Shown here piece by piece: positions 12,056-24,552 of a stretch of DNA of 64,000 nucleotides. Source of the DNA: Phoronis australis (lineage: Eukaryota > Animalia > Phoronida); the NCBI GenBank assembly GCA_002633005.1, contig NMRA01001033.1, positions 1 to 64,000 on the forward strand, given 5' to 3'. Under the pieces are notes generated by a model. It did no database searches, was not told the origin of the DNA, and saw only the letters and a program-made list of their open reading frames with translations. Position 1 is the first letter of the stretch, and each line of letters opens with the position of its first letter. A program made the position numbers and the translations under genes.

Positions 12056-14819
12056 CTGAACTGACTAGGTTAAACGTTCGTCGTTTTATGGTATTTGTAT
12101 CTCTATAAATGTTAAGGAAACATTCGGGCAACATTTTTTTGAGATGATGGATTTTGCATGAGCAAACAATAATTTTTGTTGGAAAATAATGGGAAAAATT
12201 TCGAACCAAAAATTAAATATCTCACAATATTCAAATTTTAAAAACTTGAAAACGTAAATTTTCATCACATAGAAACCTTAAAGTTTTAAGAAAATTCAAG
12301 TTTTCCACAAATGAAAAAATCCAGTTTTCTGAAAAACTTAAGAAGTCAGGAAAACTTAAGTTTTTAAAATTACAAAAACTTAAGTTTTGTTAGTACAAAA
12401 AACTTACGTTTTCATGAAAACTTAAGTTATTACTTAAAACTTAAGTTTATTTGTGAACACTTAAGTTTTACACTTGAAAAAACTAAGGTTTTCTGAAAAA
12501 CTTAAGTTTTCTGAAAAACTTAACATTGTCCTGAAAAACTTAAGCTTTTGGCGAAAAACTTAAGTTTTAAACCTTCAGTTTCTTTTAAAAAGTTAAGTTT
12601 TTCCTCTAAAACTAAAGTTTTTTCGCCAAAAACTTAAGTTTTCAGCGAACAACTTAAGGGCCTGATCGGGGTCCGAGCCACTGGCCAGGCTAACAAGCGC
12701 TTTGTGTTTAGAACTCAAAAAATCACAAGTCTAAACAACACAGATCTAGATTCTCCTGTCTGTATCTCACAGAAAATACTTCGAAATTATCTCCGAACAG
12801 ACCCCAAACTCCTGTTACGGACCTTATTGGCCTCTGCACCGTACAAGCCCTCAAACCTAAAAACCAAAGGTCACGTGAAAACAAACATGATAGAATTTCA
12901 TTTCAAGTGTAATAAATTTCCGGGGGACAAATAGTAAACAAATAGTCTAATGGATATTTACGTACCCTTTGCCATGGCATTGGGCTTGGATTGTAATCTC
13001 ACTAACCCATATCGAGTTAAAAATTCAGCATTCATTGATGTACATGTAACTGTTACTGATCAACCTGTTTGAAATCATTCCAAACAATAATACGGCTTTG
13101 ATGTACGAAAAGATCTCGAGTGCTACGTCAAGTATCGTAACACGCATCACAACAAAGATTAACCCGACTGGCGACTGTCGCGAAGTCGACATCGGCGAGT
13201 ATCTCAGTTAACAGGCATCAGTAGAATAAACATGGAAAAATCGTTAAAATAATCACAAACCTTACCTTTGTATAAGGTCGTGCTTACTTTCTCTCATAGA
13301 AGCACCCTTTTCACGCAATCTCAGATTCAGTTTGCACACCTACAAGCCATTTAACCATGTATTTAAAGGGCTCGCGAAATCGAGGCTGTTTATCTATCAC
13401 CACTAGTACACGCGCGCCCTCTAGTTAATGTAAATTTTCCGAGTAGCCCCATTGATACAAATTAGGTTGTTTTTGGGTGGCATGCTCCTTTAAAGTCTTA
13501 CGGCAACAGAAGGCGTGCATTGTGAACTTTTACAGGCTTTTTAACCGTACGATATTTGACTTAAAATTTGAGCTGAAATACAATTTCAAACGTAATAGAA
13601 ACATTCCCATTTGTGTTCCACTACTGAGGTGTCTTCACTGTTTTCGGAAAAACGGTTAAGACAGGATTTTTTAAATTAAGATGGTCACAAATTCCTCAAA
13701 AATGATTATGCAGTATGCCAATTGAACATACTTAGTTGTATTTTGAAAATTAATGACCTCAAGCGCTTAGAATAGGAATATTAGACATTAATTTTTAGAT
13801 TGTATCTTTACCGTTATTGGGTACTTTATGTGAAAATGGCCGAAGTTCTATAGCAAGTACACACACCGGAACAAACGAATTCAAGCAACTCTCCTCCATG
13901 CGCGGCGCAACCTCAGCTGCCGCCATATCTTACTTGACATTTCATGTCTGGAGATACTTATGTGATGAACTAACTGATATGTTTTCTTCTGTTTGCATAA
14001 GGTACCTGGCTGCCATTTATAAGATAAGATAAGAGGTTCAAACTGCAGCTACCATTATCATTTTTAATGCCTTTTTCTTATAAATTGAATTGCCGCACGT
14101 CATTGACCTTTGAATCTAAGTTCTCGCTTCTTTCTTGGAATAAATGCTGTCCTAAATTATCTCAGGTTGGTTTCATCTACAGTTGCCTATAATTTATGGT
14201 TTCATCAAATACCTAGTGTATCGTGAATTCAATTAAAATAACACAATAATATAGTTTTCTACAATTTATGGTTTCATCAAATACCCACTGTATCGTGATA
14301 TCAATTTCAAAAGCGCAATGCTACAATTTCTTCCGCTTTCATACAAAACAAATACTTTTTGAGACGTCCGATGAGAGCTGAGAAGCAGCCAGTAACCTTG
14401 TATGCATAGAACATGACTGCAAAACTGGTTAGCTGCGTTGAATATTAGATTGAGAATGAGCGACTTTCCAGAGGCACAGGTCGCAGGCGCAGAACACGGA
14501 ATATATCCCGCTAATTAAAACTTATTTGCCCTTATAACAGGGAAAACATTGGCAGACACCACAAGTAAACGTCTCGAATGTTCCACAACGTGTTGTAAAA
14601 TATGAGAAAACAATACGCAATTTTCTGATGGTCTTTCAGTTCAAGTCTGGGATACATTAAATAATTTCATCCAACGTCAGATTGGTAACACTGAGAGGGT
14701 TTCTCTACAGTCGATATGTACGTACCTTGCTAATTAACGTTTTCGACCGTTGGGAACTGTGTCTTACTCATACAGACCGGAAATAGTGTGTGAATAACGT
14801 CACGAGGGTGATGATGAGC

Positions 14820-15125
14820 GCTCCCCTTGGTCGTTTTTATGAGCAGTGTATTGTATGAGAGGTCCCGCTGGAACTGTCCACAGTCTGAATTCATACAGTT
14901 ATTGTCAGTTTTCTTGATGTAAACGGACTCCTTTATCCATTTGAAAATTTTGTTAATCTAAAATAGCTGACCTATCCCCCTCAGATCTCATATGAATTTG
15001 CTGGAAAGCATGTTCCGTGATTGCTGATTCGTGGTAAGTAGATTCTAATGACCGTTGTTGACTACGAGTGAAGGGTCGGGACGATTCAGGCTCGAGATCC
15101 TCACGTCTTTGAGTAGCCATATGAG
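14820..15125 (-). mobile_element. Penelope-like element 3' fragment (GIY-YIG endonuclease C-terminus), copy A
   Basis: Translates with a frameshift to SRPFTRSQ...ESAITEHAFQQIH...WIKESVYIKKTDNNCMNSDCG, typical of Penelope endonuclease ends. Confidence 0.8.
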
Positions 15126-15536
15126 AAGAATGCTTACACAATGCATCTCTTAATAGTAATGTATTTTTAAATACATTACTATTAAGAGATTAAAACGAAC
15201 GACTTGGTTTTCCAGGGACATCGTTGAACAAACTCTCTAAAAAGTCGACCATTTCAAACCTTTTTCATTTGGAGAAGTCTTGTGTTGACTAATATGTAAA
15301 GAGGGCTGTTACGAAATGCAAGCGGTCTTGAAAATCTAGTCGTAAGCGCCTTCTGGCAGGTCGTGAAGTTGGTGCTGAAAATTTGCCATGACAGAAAGTG
15401 CTTTAGTTGATATTTAGAACACTATTTTTTAAAATATGTCAATGTACTGTTGTTAAATCTTGTGACACTGCATGGAAAACAAACCAACAGCAAAACCCAA
15501 CAAGGATGTGAGGAGGTCACGTGAGATAGATAGCAT

Positions 15537-15650
15537 CACCACAACATTAGCCTCGAGTGGCAAATACAACCGTGTAATAACCCATTAAGTTATCTCGCTA
15601 GTGAGATAACATTTTGGCGGGAAACCGAGGCCGGATTCGAATCCGGGGAT
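15537..15650 (-). mobile_element. Inverted right-end fragment of the Crypton-like/tRNA-box family
   Basis: Reverse complement matches 745-832 and 31750-31822 (TTCGAATCCGGCCTCGGTTTCCCGCC...TTATCTCACTAG...GCTAATGTTGTGGT). Confidence 0.75.
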
Positions 15651-16070
15651 GCTTTCAGTAGAGACTAGGTGTACTAGCCTAAACTTGCGCATGAAATCTT
15701 CGCTCATGGAACGGATATGGGAAGGATTGTAGGTGTTGAAATGGCGGGGGCTATAATAAAGTTAGTATTGAGTGAAGAGCTAAGTGACAACTCAGAAGTT
15801 TTAATATTGTGTTCATTGTGTGAGAGTTCTCTAGCAGATACGACAGTTGTGACTGGTCTGAGGTCTAACGAAGGAGCCAGAATAGAGGGGTTTGTGGAGA
15901 ATGTTGTACCGTTGTACTCACCGGGTCAATTCCAGAGCCACTTCTGTATGACAGTTTCTGTTTTTGAGGTACGTCTTATCGACTCGCCCTTTGTAGAGTG
16001 CGGCTTTCTCTAGCCGAAAATTTCGTGAAATAGTTTCTTTAGAGTTAGACTTTTAGAGTTATAGAGTCAT

Positions 16071-16975
16071 TTGTTCTACATTTCTGGTAACACCGGCATC
16101 TCCATTCTGCGCTACGACTTCAGTGAAAGTCAGAAGGGAAAAGACATCTGTGACAGGAAAATCGCACCCTTGAAGTCCCATGCCAAGTACTTCGTCAATG
16201 AAGGCAACAACGTTCAAAATGCAGTCGACCTGAAACATGCGCTAGAGTCTAGAGGAGGTGTCAAAGGCTGTTAGGTGTCATCCTGTAGTGTGAATGCCCC
16301 AAAGATCCTTCCCACAGTATTCCAGGGATAAGTTTGCTGACAAATTTTGAGTATTCCGTAGATGGCATTCGAGCATGGAAGGCCCACAGAATAGGGGAGG
16401 GAAAACTTGTCATCAACAAGTCATGTAAACTCATTGCCTCTGAAAAGTCTTGACCTTGCAACACTCGAGTGTTTTACAACTCCAAGGATTGAATGGGGGC
16501 TGGTATCCCGTGAACGTCAAACGAAGCTCACATGCACACAATATGGGTGCTCGAAATCTTTTCCTACAGATGCTGAGCTAAATGAGCACTTGGATGTTGG
16601 TGCTCATTCATCATACCTTCAGAACGAGACTCAGTTTAACGACATTTCAAGACAATCTGAGATTTTATCTACTACTACAGCTGTATCATCACCTGAGTTG
16701 TCTGCCGTTTACGTTGTTGATCAAGTCGCCGCAAGATTGGGCCCTGAAAAGTACTAGAAAAGTGGTCCGCTTCTCTAAGAAGGTAACGACTTAACCCAGT
16801 GATATATTTTCTGAGGGTGAACAGTCAGGCAGAAAACAACAACCAGCTGAGGTTGTAAAAATGACGCGAAAAGCCAGGAATAAGCAAAGAAATGTTTTTA
16901 CCTCTGAAGAGTGGCTGTCAGAGTAGCAGATTGCTGGATTTTTTCTCGTATGGTTGGCGCGTCTCGAATCGGAAA
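16071..16975 (+). pseudogene. DDD transposase C-terminal relic, probably Sola3
   Basis: DFSESQKGKDICDRKIA...ALESRGGVKG, IPGISLLTNFEY...IGEGK, C2H2-like CTQYGCSKSF...HLDVGAH, WALKSTRKVVRFS...EEWLSE.QIAGFFSR; stops and frameshifts. Possible terminus GACACCC-TTAA at 18045. Confidence 0.7.
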
Positions 16976-19233
16976 TATTCAGAATATTGAAGATGCTGAT
17001 GCTGCTGCTGCCCACGAGTTTGCCTCTATGAATGAGTTGGAGCTTGAAGTCATGAATGAGTTATCATCATAAACCGTAGGAAATTATGAACATGTTTTAG
17101 TTGTTGTCTATTCTTACGGTATTGTTGTGGTCATCATTATCGTAGCTAGGGGACTGGGGTCCACCTTGGGCGAAATTGGAAAAAAAGGAAGATGACGCAA
17201 GTTAGGGGCTTCCATGGGGGAGAGATTTGAGTGGTGACCATTTGGGGAAAATAATCCAAGCCACTGATGGTCAACATTGAAATCTTCTCTCACTTTTTAC
17301 TATCGTTTTTTGTTTTATGTTCAGTTTGAGACTCGTAAAGCATACTTTTTACATGATTGAATCTATTGAAACTACTGAGATTTTTAAAGGAGTGGTTATC
17401 TAGTTTTGAGAAAGTCTATCTTAGACATGTGTACTGAGCAAAATAAAAAGACTTTGTGTTTCAGTAGCTCTTGTTTTCTTCAAACAAAATGCAGTTTTTT
17501 GAAATGTTGTGTAGAAATGCATCATACACTAAACCTAGCATACCTTCAAGAAACTGTGGTTTTGAGTACGCCACATGAACGGAATTTACATATTGTGAGA
17601 CTTTTAGCTGGTAAGTCGCAACAACACCCAATTGCTTAAATATTGGTTTGGAAAGCCGGTATCTTGGATATCACTGAAAGTATTATGTTTTCAATCGTAA
17701 ATTGCCGTACCTGTTATTTTTCTGAAATTACAAATTCCACTGGCGCACTGCCACCATGCTCGGTCGCTCTTGAGTAGTACAAGAAGCATTGCGTGACATT
17801 TTGTATGTCCAATAACACGACACTTCTGCTCGTATCCACCGTCCTCTTTTCACGTGTGATCTCGAAGATCTTGATTAGTTTTAGTATGAACTTTGCTAAT
17901 AGTTTTAGAGGACTTTTTCATGCGCATATACAGGGATTTGTCCAGGAGGTCTGAAAATGGACTAGCATGCACTGCAGGCAATGCGTGGAATTCTTAGTCA
18001 GTTACGTTGTTTGAAAACTGGCCAAGCAATGGGTAATGGACACCCTTAATAAGAATAAAACCTGCTTTTCTGAAATATGAGAAGGTGATGGGGTTGTATT
18101 ATTTTAACTCATAAGTACATTAAAATTGAATTTTTTGATTTCTGTAATCCTATAACAAATTTTTATTTTTGCACCAGCAAAACTGAAAATCCGCGAAGAA
18201 AAAATCTCTCATACAGCTACCCATGATCTCCTTCGTCACTACTGTAGCAAAACGAATGATATTTGTTCTATTTGGCATCTTGTTCGATAGGTAATTGCAT
18301 AATCGAGTAGCGCCTCCTAGAGTCTTTTAATCAAATTGACAGTCACAGATTCGCAGAAAAGTGTGTGAGTTATGTAAAAAACTGACAGCACAAAAACTAT
18401 GAAAGAGACAGGATTTTTTATTCTTGCGTTGGGTTGAACAAAGACAGCAGTAATAGATGTACGTTAACTCATGTTCCAAAAGAATCCGTTATAGATTTGG
18501 GAGAGCGATAAAAATGCGTAAAAATGGCCTTAATAATAAGAAGTGAAAATGATATATTTGTAGACTAAAATGGGAGGACATAAAAAATCAAAAAATCCAT
18601 CCGAACTAGTTTTTCTTGTACGTTATTCTTTCTTCTTTCTGCTATATAGTTATTTTTTTCTATAGCGTGAAGCGATAATGTGTTGTTGCTGACAAAAATT
18701 CACCTACTTCCAAGTACTATTATTTGCTATTTTCGGAAAAAGTACAAAGTGGTCGTAAAAAGGGTTAAAAAAACTCGGAAACTATTAAAAATTCAGGCTC
18801 AGGTTTCTTTTGACAACGCCAGCTGATAAGCTAAGTTTCAAAAAAATTGGTGATTCTGCATATGTAGCCCACCATCTGGTTTTTATATGGAATTGCTCTT
18901 AAGACCTGATGCTTTACGATATTCCTCGGGACCGATGTAACCCAGACCTGATATTTTCCTGTTCCACTGTTCCCCGTGTAGATGTTCCCTAGGCGCCATG
19001 ATATATGCCTGTACCCAGCTATTGCAGCTAAACGGGTAGATGCGAAATTGTGCTCTATACTTTTGAATTGTTTCAGAAATGCTCACTGCTATACTAAGCG
19101 TCCCCCTTCAAGTTTCGAGGATTTCCAATTAAGCGTTAGGTTCAGGCTAGCGCCCATCATAGCGCACTACAAACGACCGCACGTGGTTTGAAATTGACAC
19201 GCGAATCACTCTCATTTTGCACATCAAGTTCAG

Positions 19234-19392
19234 CAGTGGCGGACCTAGAGGGGGACCAAGGCGGCCAACGCCCCCCTAAAATTCTCCCTGATTCCATGTG
19301 GCAGTTGGAGGTGCGAATGTCTGACTGGAAAAATCCTGGCTAATACCCTGCCGTGCCCCCCCCCCCAAATTAAAATTCTGGATCCGCCCCTG
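19234..19392. mobile_element. MITE with hAT-like ends and 5-bp TSD TTCAG
   Basis: TTCAG-CAGTGGCGGACCTAGA...TCTGGATCCGCCCCTG-TTCAG. Confidence 0.85.
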
Positions 19393-21074
19393 TTCAGTCT
19401 TCAAAGAAAACGTCTTCTCAATATGTAAAAGCCAACCCCGGTTTTGTTTTATACCTCCGAAAGAAGGTAGGACTAGTGACCTGGTCGTTTTGGTACAGAC
19501 CTATTTTTCCAATACATGGAAGGTATTAAGGAGCAAACTTGAATTACCCGATGAAAACTGCACGGATTCGGCAATTATTTCGAGGCTTTTCATTTCATGG
19601 AAAATTAATTGTTGAGTACTTAAACAGTATAAGTCCAGCATTTTTGTTGTGAATTTTGAACTAATTTGTACCCGCGCATCCGCTTACGTCATTCGACTAG
19701 GTCAACATTTCAGGGATTTTTTCCACAGGATGTTTTTCAAACGTCAAGTTAAGTTTGGGATGTGAATAAACAATGGAGGAAGTTTGCACTCAGAGCTAGT
19801 TTGGACCTTCAATGGCATTGATGACAGTCATATAGCAGGTAAGACCTAGCAAAATCGCTGATACTTTTTCAACGAATATTTTCTCACTTTTCACATTGCA
19901 AACTTAGCTACTCGAATGCACACGTCGGTTAGAGAGCACTGATTCAACTTCCACGTCGGCAACAGCCTTTGAATGTCGGTTGTTTAGAACAGTGACGCTG
20001 TACATGCAGGTAAGAACTCAATTTTGCGACCTGAAATTTGTATTTAACGTTGCAGGGAAGAACATAATATAAACGTTTTTTCGTTGGTCTAAAAAAGTTA
20101 TTGTAGCGCGTAAAAATGGCGGGAAAATTTTGCACCTGGCATTTATGAATGCGAGCTGAATTTTGAAAATGCGACCTGAGATTTTGGGTAGGTCTTAAAA
20201 TGCCACCTGGCGATTTTCATAGCGTCGAGCCCTGAGAAGTAGGAAGTGGAAAACAAAAACTATGCTAGAGTGCAGCATGTAAACGACGTTTCGATATTAA
20301 TGAAAAGTCATCCTCATGTACAATTGTTAACAGAGAACAAAATGTCGTAACAAAATTTAGATTAATATTGAAACGTCGTTCTCAAAGATGTTTTGGCCAA
20401 ATTTCATGAAATTTCACTAAAACATCTAGTTACAGAAACTGTCACCAGGAGGCTAGCATTACTCAAAGTATTTAAAAACTGACGTCGACTGATTTGATCA
20501 CCATAGAGATGCCTTTAGTCAGGCACCGTAAAATAAGCAATGGTATGACTTTTCTATCGGATATTGCATGAAAACAAACAAAAAGCCCATTTATTTTATT
20601 AGTTTATTTTCTTAGTGGGACAGCAAACTGAAAAATATTGGAAATCACCAGCACCTAGCAATCCGGCTCCTAGAGCAACTGAAAAATGGCTAAAAATAAA
20701 ATACACAAAATTCTGCAAAATTTACTGAATTTTGGCACTCCATTGAAGGTTAATGGAAAATCCTCTGAAAATTCAAAGACTGTCTTCTGATAGAGAGGTT
20801 CAATGCATAAAGATTATAAAGATTTTTTTCTTTACGTTCTTTGACATCTTTTTAAAACAACTTCACTAACTGAATCTTTGTGAACCAAAAGTTGGCCGTT
20901 TTATGTCAAAATATTCATGAAGCTCTGACTTAAAAAATAATGGCCCTGAAAAATTCAAATAAACATTTTGAACATATCCCACCAGGATGTATGTTACACA
21001 CAATATTTTCTAAATCTGAGTCAGTGATCTTGTCGTGGAATAACAGTTAAGATCACTACTTGGAACGGACTGAA

Positions 21075-21148
21075 GACAAAACTTAGCTTCATCTTAAACT
21101 TAGCTTAAGCTTTGTCTTAGCTAAGAAAATTTTTCTTGGGACGGGCCC
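21075..21148. mobile_element. Right-end fragment of the Harbinger MITE family seen at 63260-63512
   Basis: TTGTCTTAGCTAAG...TTGGGACGGGCCC resembles 63477-63512. Confidence 0.5.
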
Positions 21149-22643
21149 TTGGTCTTGTTTATTGCGTGGTATTTTGTGTGCCGAGTACCACCGCAAGCAA
21201 TAGTGAAATTTCAGGTTTTTGCATGCCTAGAAAACTCTTCTAGTATGACTGAGGAACTAACAGAGGCCAGCTTTCCAACTTATTTAAAAAATCACGTTTC
21301 ATATCGGAACACAGGTTTCTATCCAATAAGTTTACACCTGGACTCAAGAAAGTATGAACGCGATTGGGTTGGAATTAAGTAAAACTTACCGTTTGTATTA
21401 AGAGTAATGATTTAAAAATCCTTTCACGTCTACGTATGGTGCAGGATACGATTGCTTCAATTGCAGCTGAGAGTAGAGCCATTTTGAGACTGCTGGGCTA
21501 GCTCTTTTTCGTAGCCTGGGTCTATGATTCTTATTAAGATTAGGACCAATTCCTGTGTCAGAAAGGATTATTATCACGAAAAAGGGATACTGCAAAGACT
21601 AGGATTATGGCAAAAGGTATACATAGGCTTTTCTCAAAATTTATGCATAACTCACATTCCAATCCCAGAAAGAGGCTAGTACTGACCAGTCTACAGGAAG
21701 CTGTCTGTTTACAGTGAATCTCTACATAAATAATTGCAAACTGCTGTGTCTCTTGTTGCACAAATAACCAAAGAAGAAACAAAGCAATGTCATTTCATCA
21801 ATATCTTACTGACTAAGAATTAATAAGACAGTGGTTCGTGAAGATTTGCAGATACAATGGGCCAACTTTGCAAGTAAATCATGACACAATCTGATATCTT
21901 CTCTAGTCGACTTTACTCTTTAGTGTATCACCAGTGGCCGTGATGCTTGAATAGCTAGTAACTTTCATTTCCTAGTACCACTTTTAAATTAATAATTTCT
22001 GGAATTTAAAGAAAGTGACAAACTTTGAATGTTTCACAAACTCAATCTCAAAAACCGAGACTTAATTCACAGAGACTGCTTGAGTTGTCAGGCTGGGCTG
22101 AAGACAGTCATATAGATTTGTATATATTATAAAAAAGTGCAAGCGACACCCATACCCTCTCAAGTTCATGAATGAATCATTTCACAGTAAAGCAAGCAGT
22201 CATGCAATGATGCAAACACTGGTGTAACCCCTGACTTTCATAATTTTTAAACACTTAAAACCGTTTTGAATCTGAAAAGTTCAATTTCATGTTAACCTAT
22301 TAGATATTCTTTTTAGTACACGAATGTATATGTATGGATAGTATGTAACCACTTGCTGTATTGCAAGTTATACCGAGGTATATTAGCAGAGTTGGCAGAC
22401 CTGGGTGTATTAATTATAGTCGCCTTCAGGAACTTTTCGTTTTTCTGTAGCTTTATATAAGGATTGTTGGAGCAAAATTTGTCAGAACGTTTCAATTGTT
22501 CAGTAGCAACAGAAAGGTGGAAAATATTAACCTGGGCAAATTTACAGCCAAACTCACTCTGGTGAATGGTGACAAACTCAAAATGTTCTTCACAGCCTTA
22601 AAACCGTAGTTGGATATTGCTTCACATGGCTCAGTGACATTTG

Positions 22644-22950
22644 TATCGTCACTGTAGACAGGCTCAATATACGATGTAGCTATACTAAACTGACTATCGT
22701 CACTGTAGACAGGCTCAATATACGATGTAGCTATACTAAACTGACTATCGTCACTGTAGACAGACTCAATATACGATTTAGCTATACTAAACTGACTATC
22801 GTCACTGTAGACAGGCTCAATATACGATGTAGCTATACTAAACTGACTATCGTTACTGTAGACAGACTCAATATACGATGTAGCTATACTAAACTGACTA
22901 TCGTCACTGTAGACAGGCTCAATATACGATATAGCTATACTAAACTGACT
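22644..22950. repeat. 51-bp minisatellite, six copies
   Basis: Unit TATCGTCACTGTAGACAGGCTCAATATACGATGTAGCTATACTAAACTGAC at 22644, 22695, 22746, 22797, 22848 and 22899. Confidence 0.98.
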
Positions 22951-24197
22951 TACTAGACCAAGGGGGCAGTGTGATGGCTGATAAAATATTTTTAATTAAT
23001 AAGATACTCAGTGATAAGGGTTCAAAACTGAAAATCACTCCATTTCAGAGGAAACAAGAAAAAGGTAATAAATAGCCAGTTTGAGAATACATGAGGAGAG
23101 CTATTAGGCATATCAAGGACAATTAATCACTTGTGTATACACTTCAATTTCCTTGAACAATACTGGCTCAGTAAATCAATTGTGGACAGTTGCATGTTTT
23201 AAGCAAACTTCAGAGGCCCTATTGTAAATGACTGATACCATACTTATGGTTTTCCAACAAATGACAAGACCTATCCAGTATAATATTACAACTCTGTCAA
23301 TTTATTTTTATCAGCATATTAGAATGTACATTCGGCTCATAAGAGTGACTACACCTCGATCTTGATGGCCATGTTAGTTTTCAACCAGGATAACTTTGGT
23401 CAGGGCCAGTGACAACATCACTATCAAATACGTCCAAGTCTGTTTCCAGGGTAATCAAGCAAGAGATAGAAATTGAAGAAAAAATGACCCACCTTGTGCT
23501 TCAGGTGTTAAATAATATTAATGTCTTAGTTTACGGTTTTTAAACTATCCAGATATAAAGAACAACAAGGGACCAGTGTGGATTGGTTGAAAACACGAGT
23601 AAGTGAAACATCATGTTCAATACTTGTCCCAAACAATTGAATCGATGACTGACGAAATAATCTAATGAATTTACAAATAAAACTGACACCACTAAATGTT
23701 TTCACCATAATTAAACCAGTAGTCTCACCACTCATTGTTATCTTTGAATTCTTCTTGGGAAACAAAAAATCCAATGAAATAGACTATGTAGTGTTACTAT
23801 GCCTGACCAGCTGACAGCTCAACAACAACTGAATAATGTTTTTGCAGCCTGTAAAAGTGTTCACTTCTTAATGAAGTTATGTAACTTTCACTGGAGTACT
23901 TGTACCCTTTGGGCAGATAATTCTTGCCAGATGACTATGAAGACTTTTTACAATAAGATTCCACAAAGCTAAATGTAACATGTATGTTTGGAACAAGTGT
24001 AAGGTTACGATCAGCCAACGCAGGGGAGGCTGCATGAAGCAGTTTATCAGTATAAGCCTCGCTTTGGATTTCCTCTTAATATTCATGGAGTGATATTAAG
24101 AAAGGTCTATTAAACGTAGAACGAGTGATCGCAGATACGATAACACTGAATGTGAAGAAAGCCCACTGAACGCTTCAGCCACAAAACTGCTCAGCAC

Positions 24198-24552
24198 AAC
24201 GACAGAATTTCCAAAGCTTTTGCACATGAAAAAAATTTGGTTACCACGGTGTTGGCGGTGTTGTTGTCACAAGAAGCGAACTCGTTGTCATTGGCAGTCT
24301 TGTCTCTTTGTAGCAGCGTCAGCGTCAGTGTGATTGATTTGCTGACGGGATCTTCGCTGTTGTTGTCAATGCAATGATCTCAAGCATATGACCAACGGCT
24401 TTTTATCAAATTTAAGGTAATAGGGAGGCTGAGTTATAAGACCAGTTGCTATTTTCTTCTTTTTCTGCCAATAGGCCTATGCCATTACCTGCACTATGAA
24501 AATTATTAAAGTCTTGACTGGCAAAAACCAATCCATGCAAATGTTGAATTAA
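24198..24552 (+). repeat. Direct repeat of ~355 bp, copy 1
   Basis: Aligns with 28422-28779 from AACGACAGAATTTCCAAAGC to TTGAATTAA. Confidence 0.9.

Larger units (their letters stand above)
5658..12660. mobile_element. Foldback- or EnSpm-like element with terminal arrays of palindromic AAAACTTAAGTTTT
   Basis: Dense motif arrays at 5658-~6050 and ~12230-12660; ends read CCCTTA...TAAGGG; no TSD found. Confidence 0.65.
5285..13489. mobile_element. TTAA-specific, Kolobok-type non-autonomous DNA transposon with nested insertions
   Basis: TTAA at 5281-5284 and 13490-13493; TIRs AGGAGAATGCCACCC / GGGTGGCATGCTCCT (14/15); empty site CTAGCC-TTAG-AGTCTTA in copy B near 37430. Confidence 0.85.
1..15533 (+). 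repeat. Segmental duplication or haplotype, copy A (pairs with 31004-40128)
   Basis: 1-5284 aligns by eye with 31004-~37431 and 13494-15533 with ~37432-40128; differences are scattered substitutions, small indels and transposon insertions. Confidence 0.95.

Noticed and set aside
14369-14397. Hammerhead ribozyme CCGATGA-GAGCTG..CAGC
   Set aside because: Both core boxes deviate (CCGATGA; no GAAA) and it lies on the strand opposite the nearby Penelope fragment.
22644-22950. CRISPR array
   Set aside because: Units are contiguous and near-identical with no unique spacers, there are no cas genes, and the context is eukaryotic.
21380-24090. Host gene on the minus strand
   Set aside because: Short ORFs with many stops and no recognisable domain or consistent exon chain.
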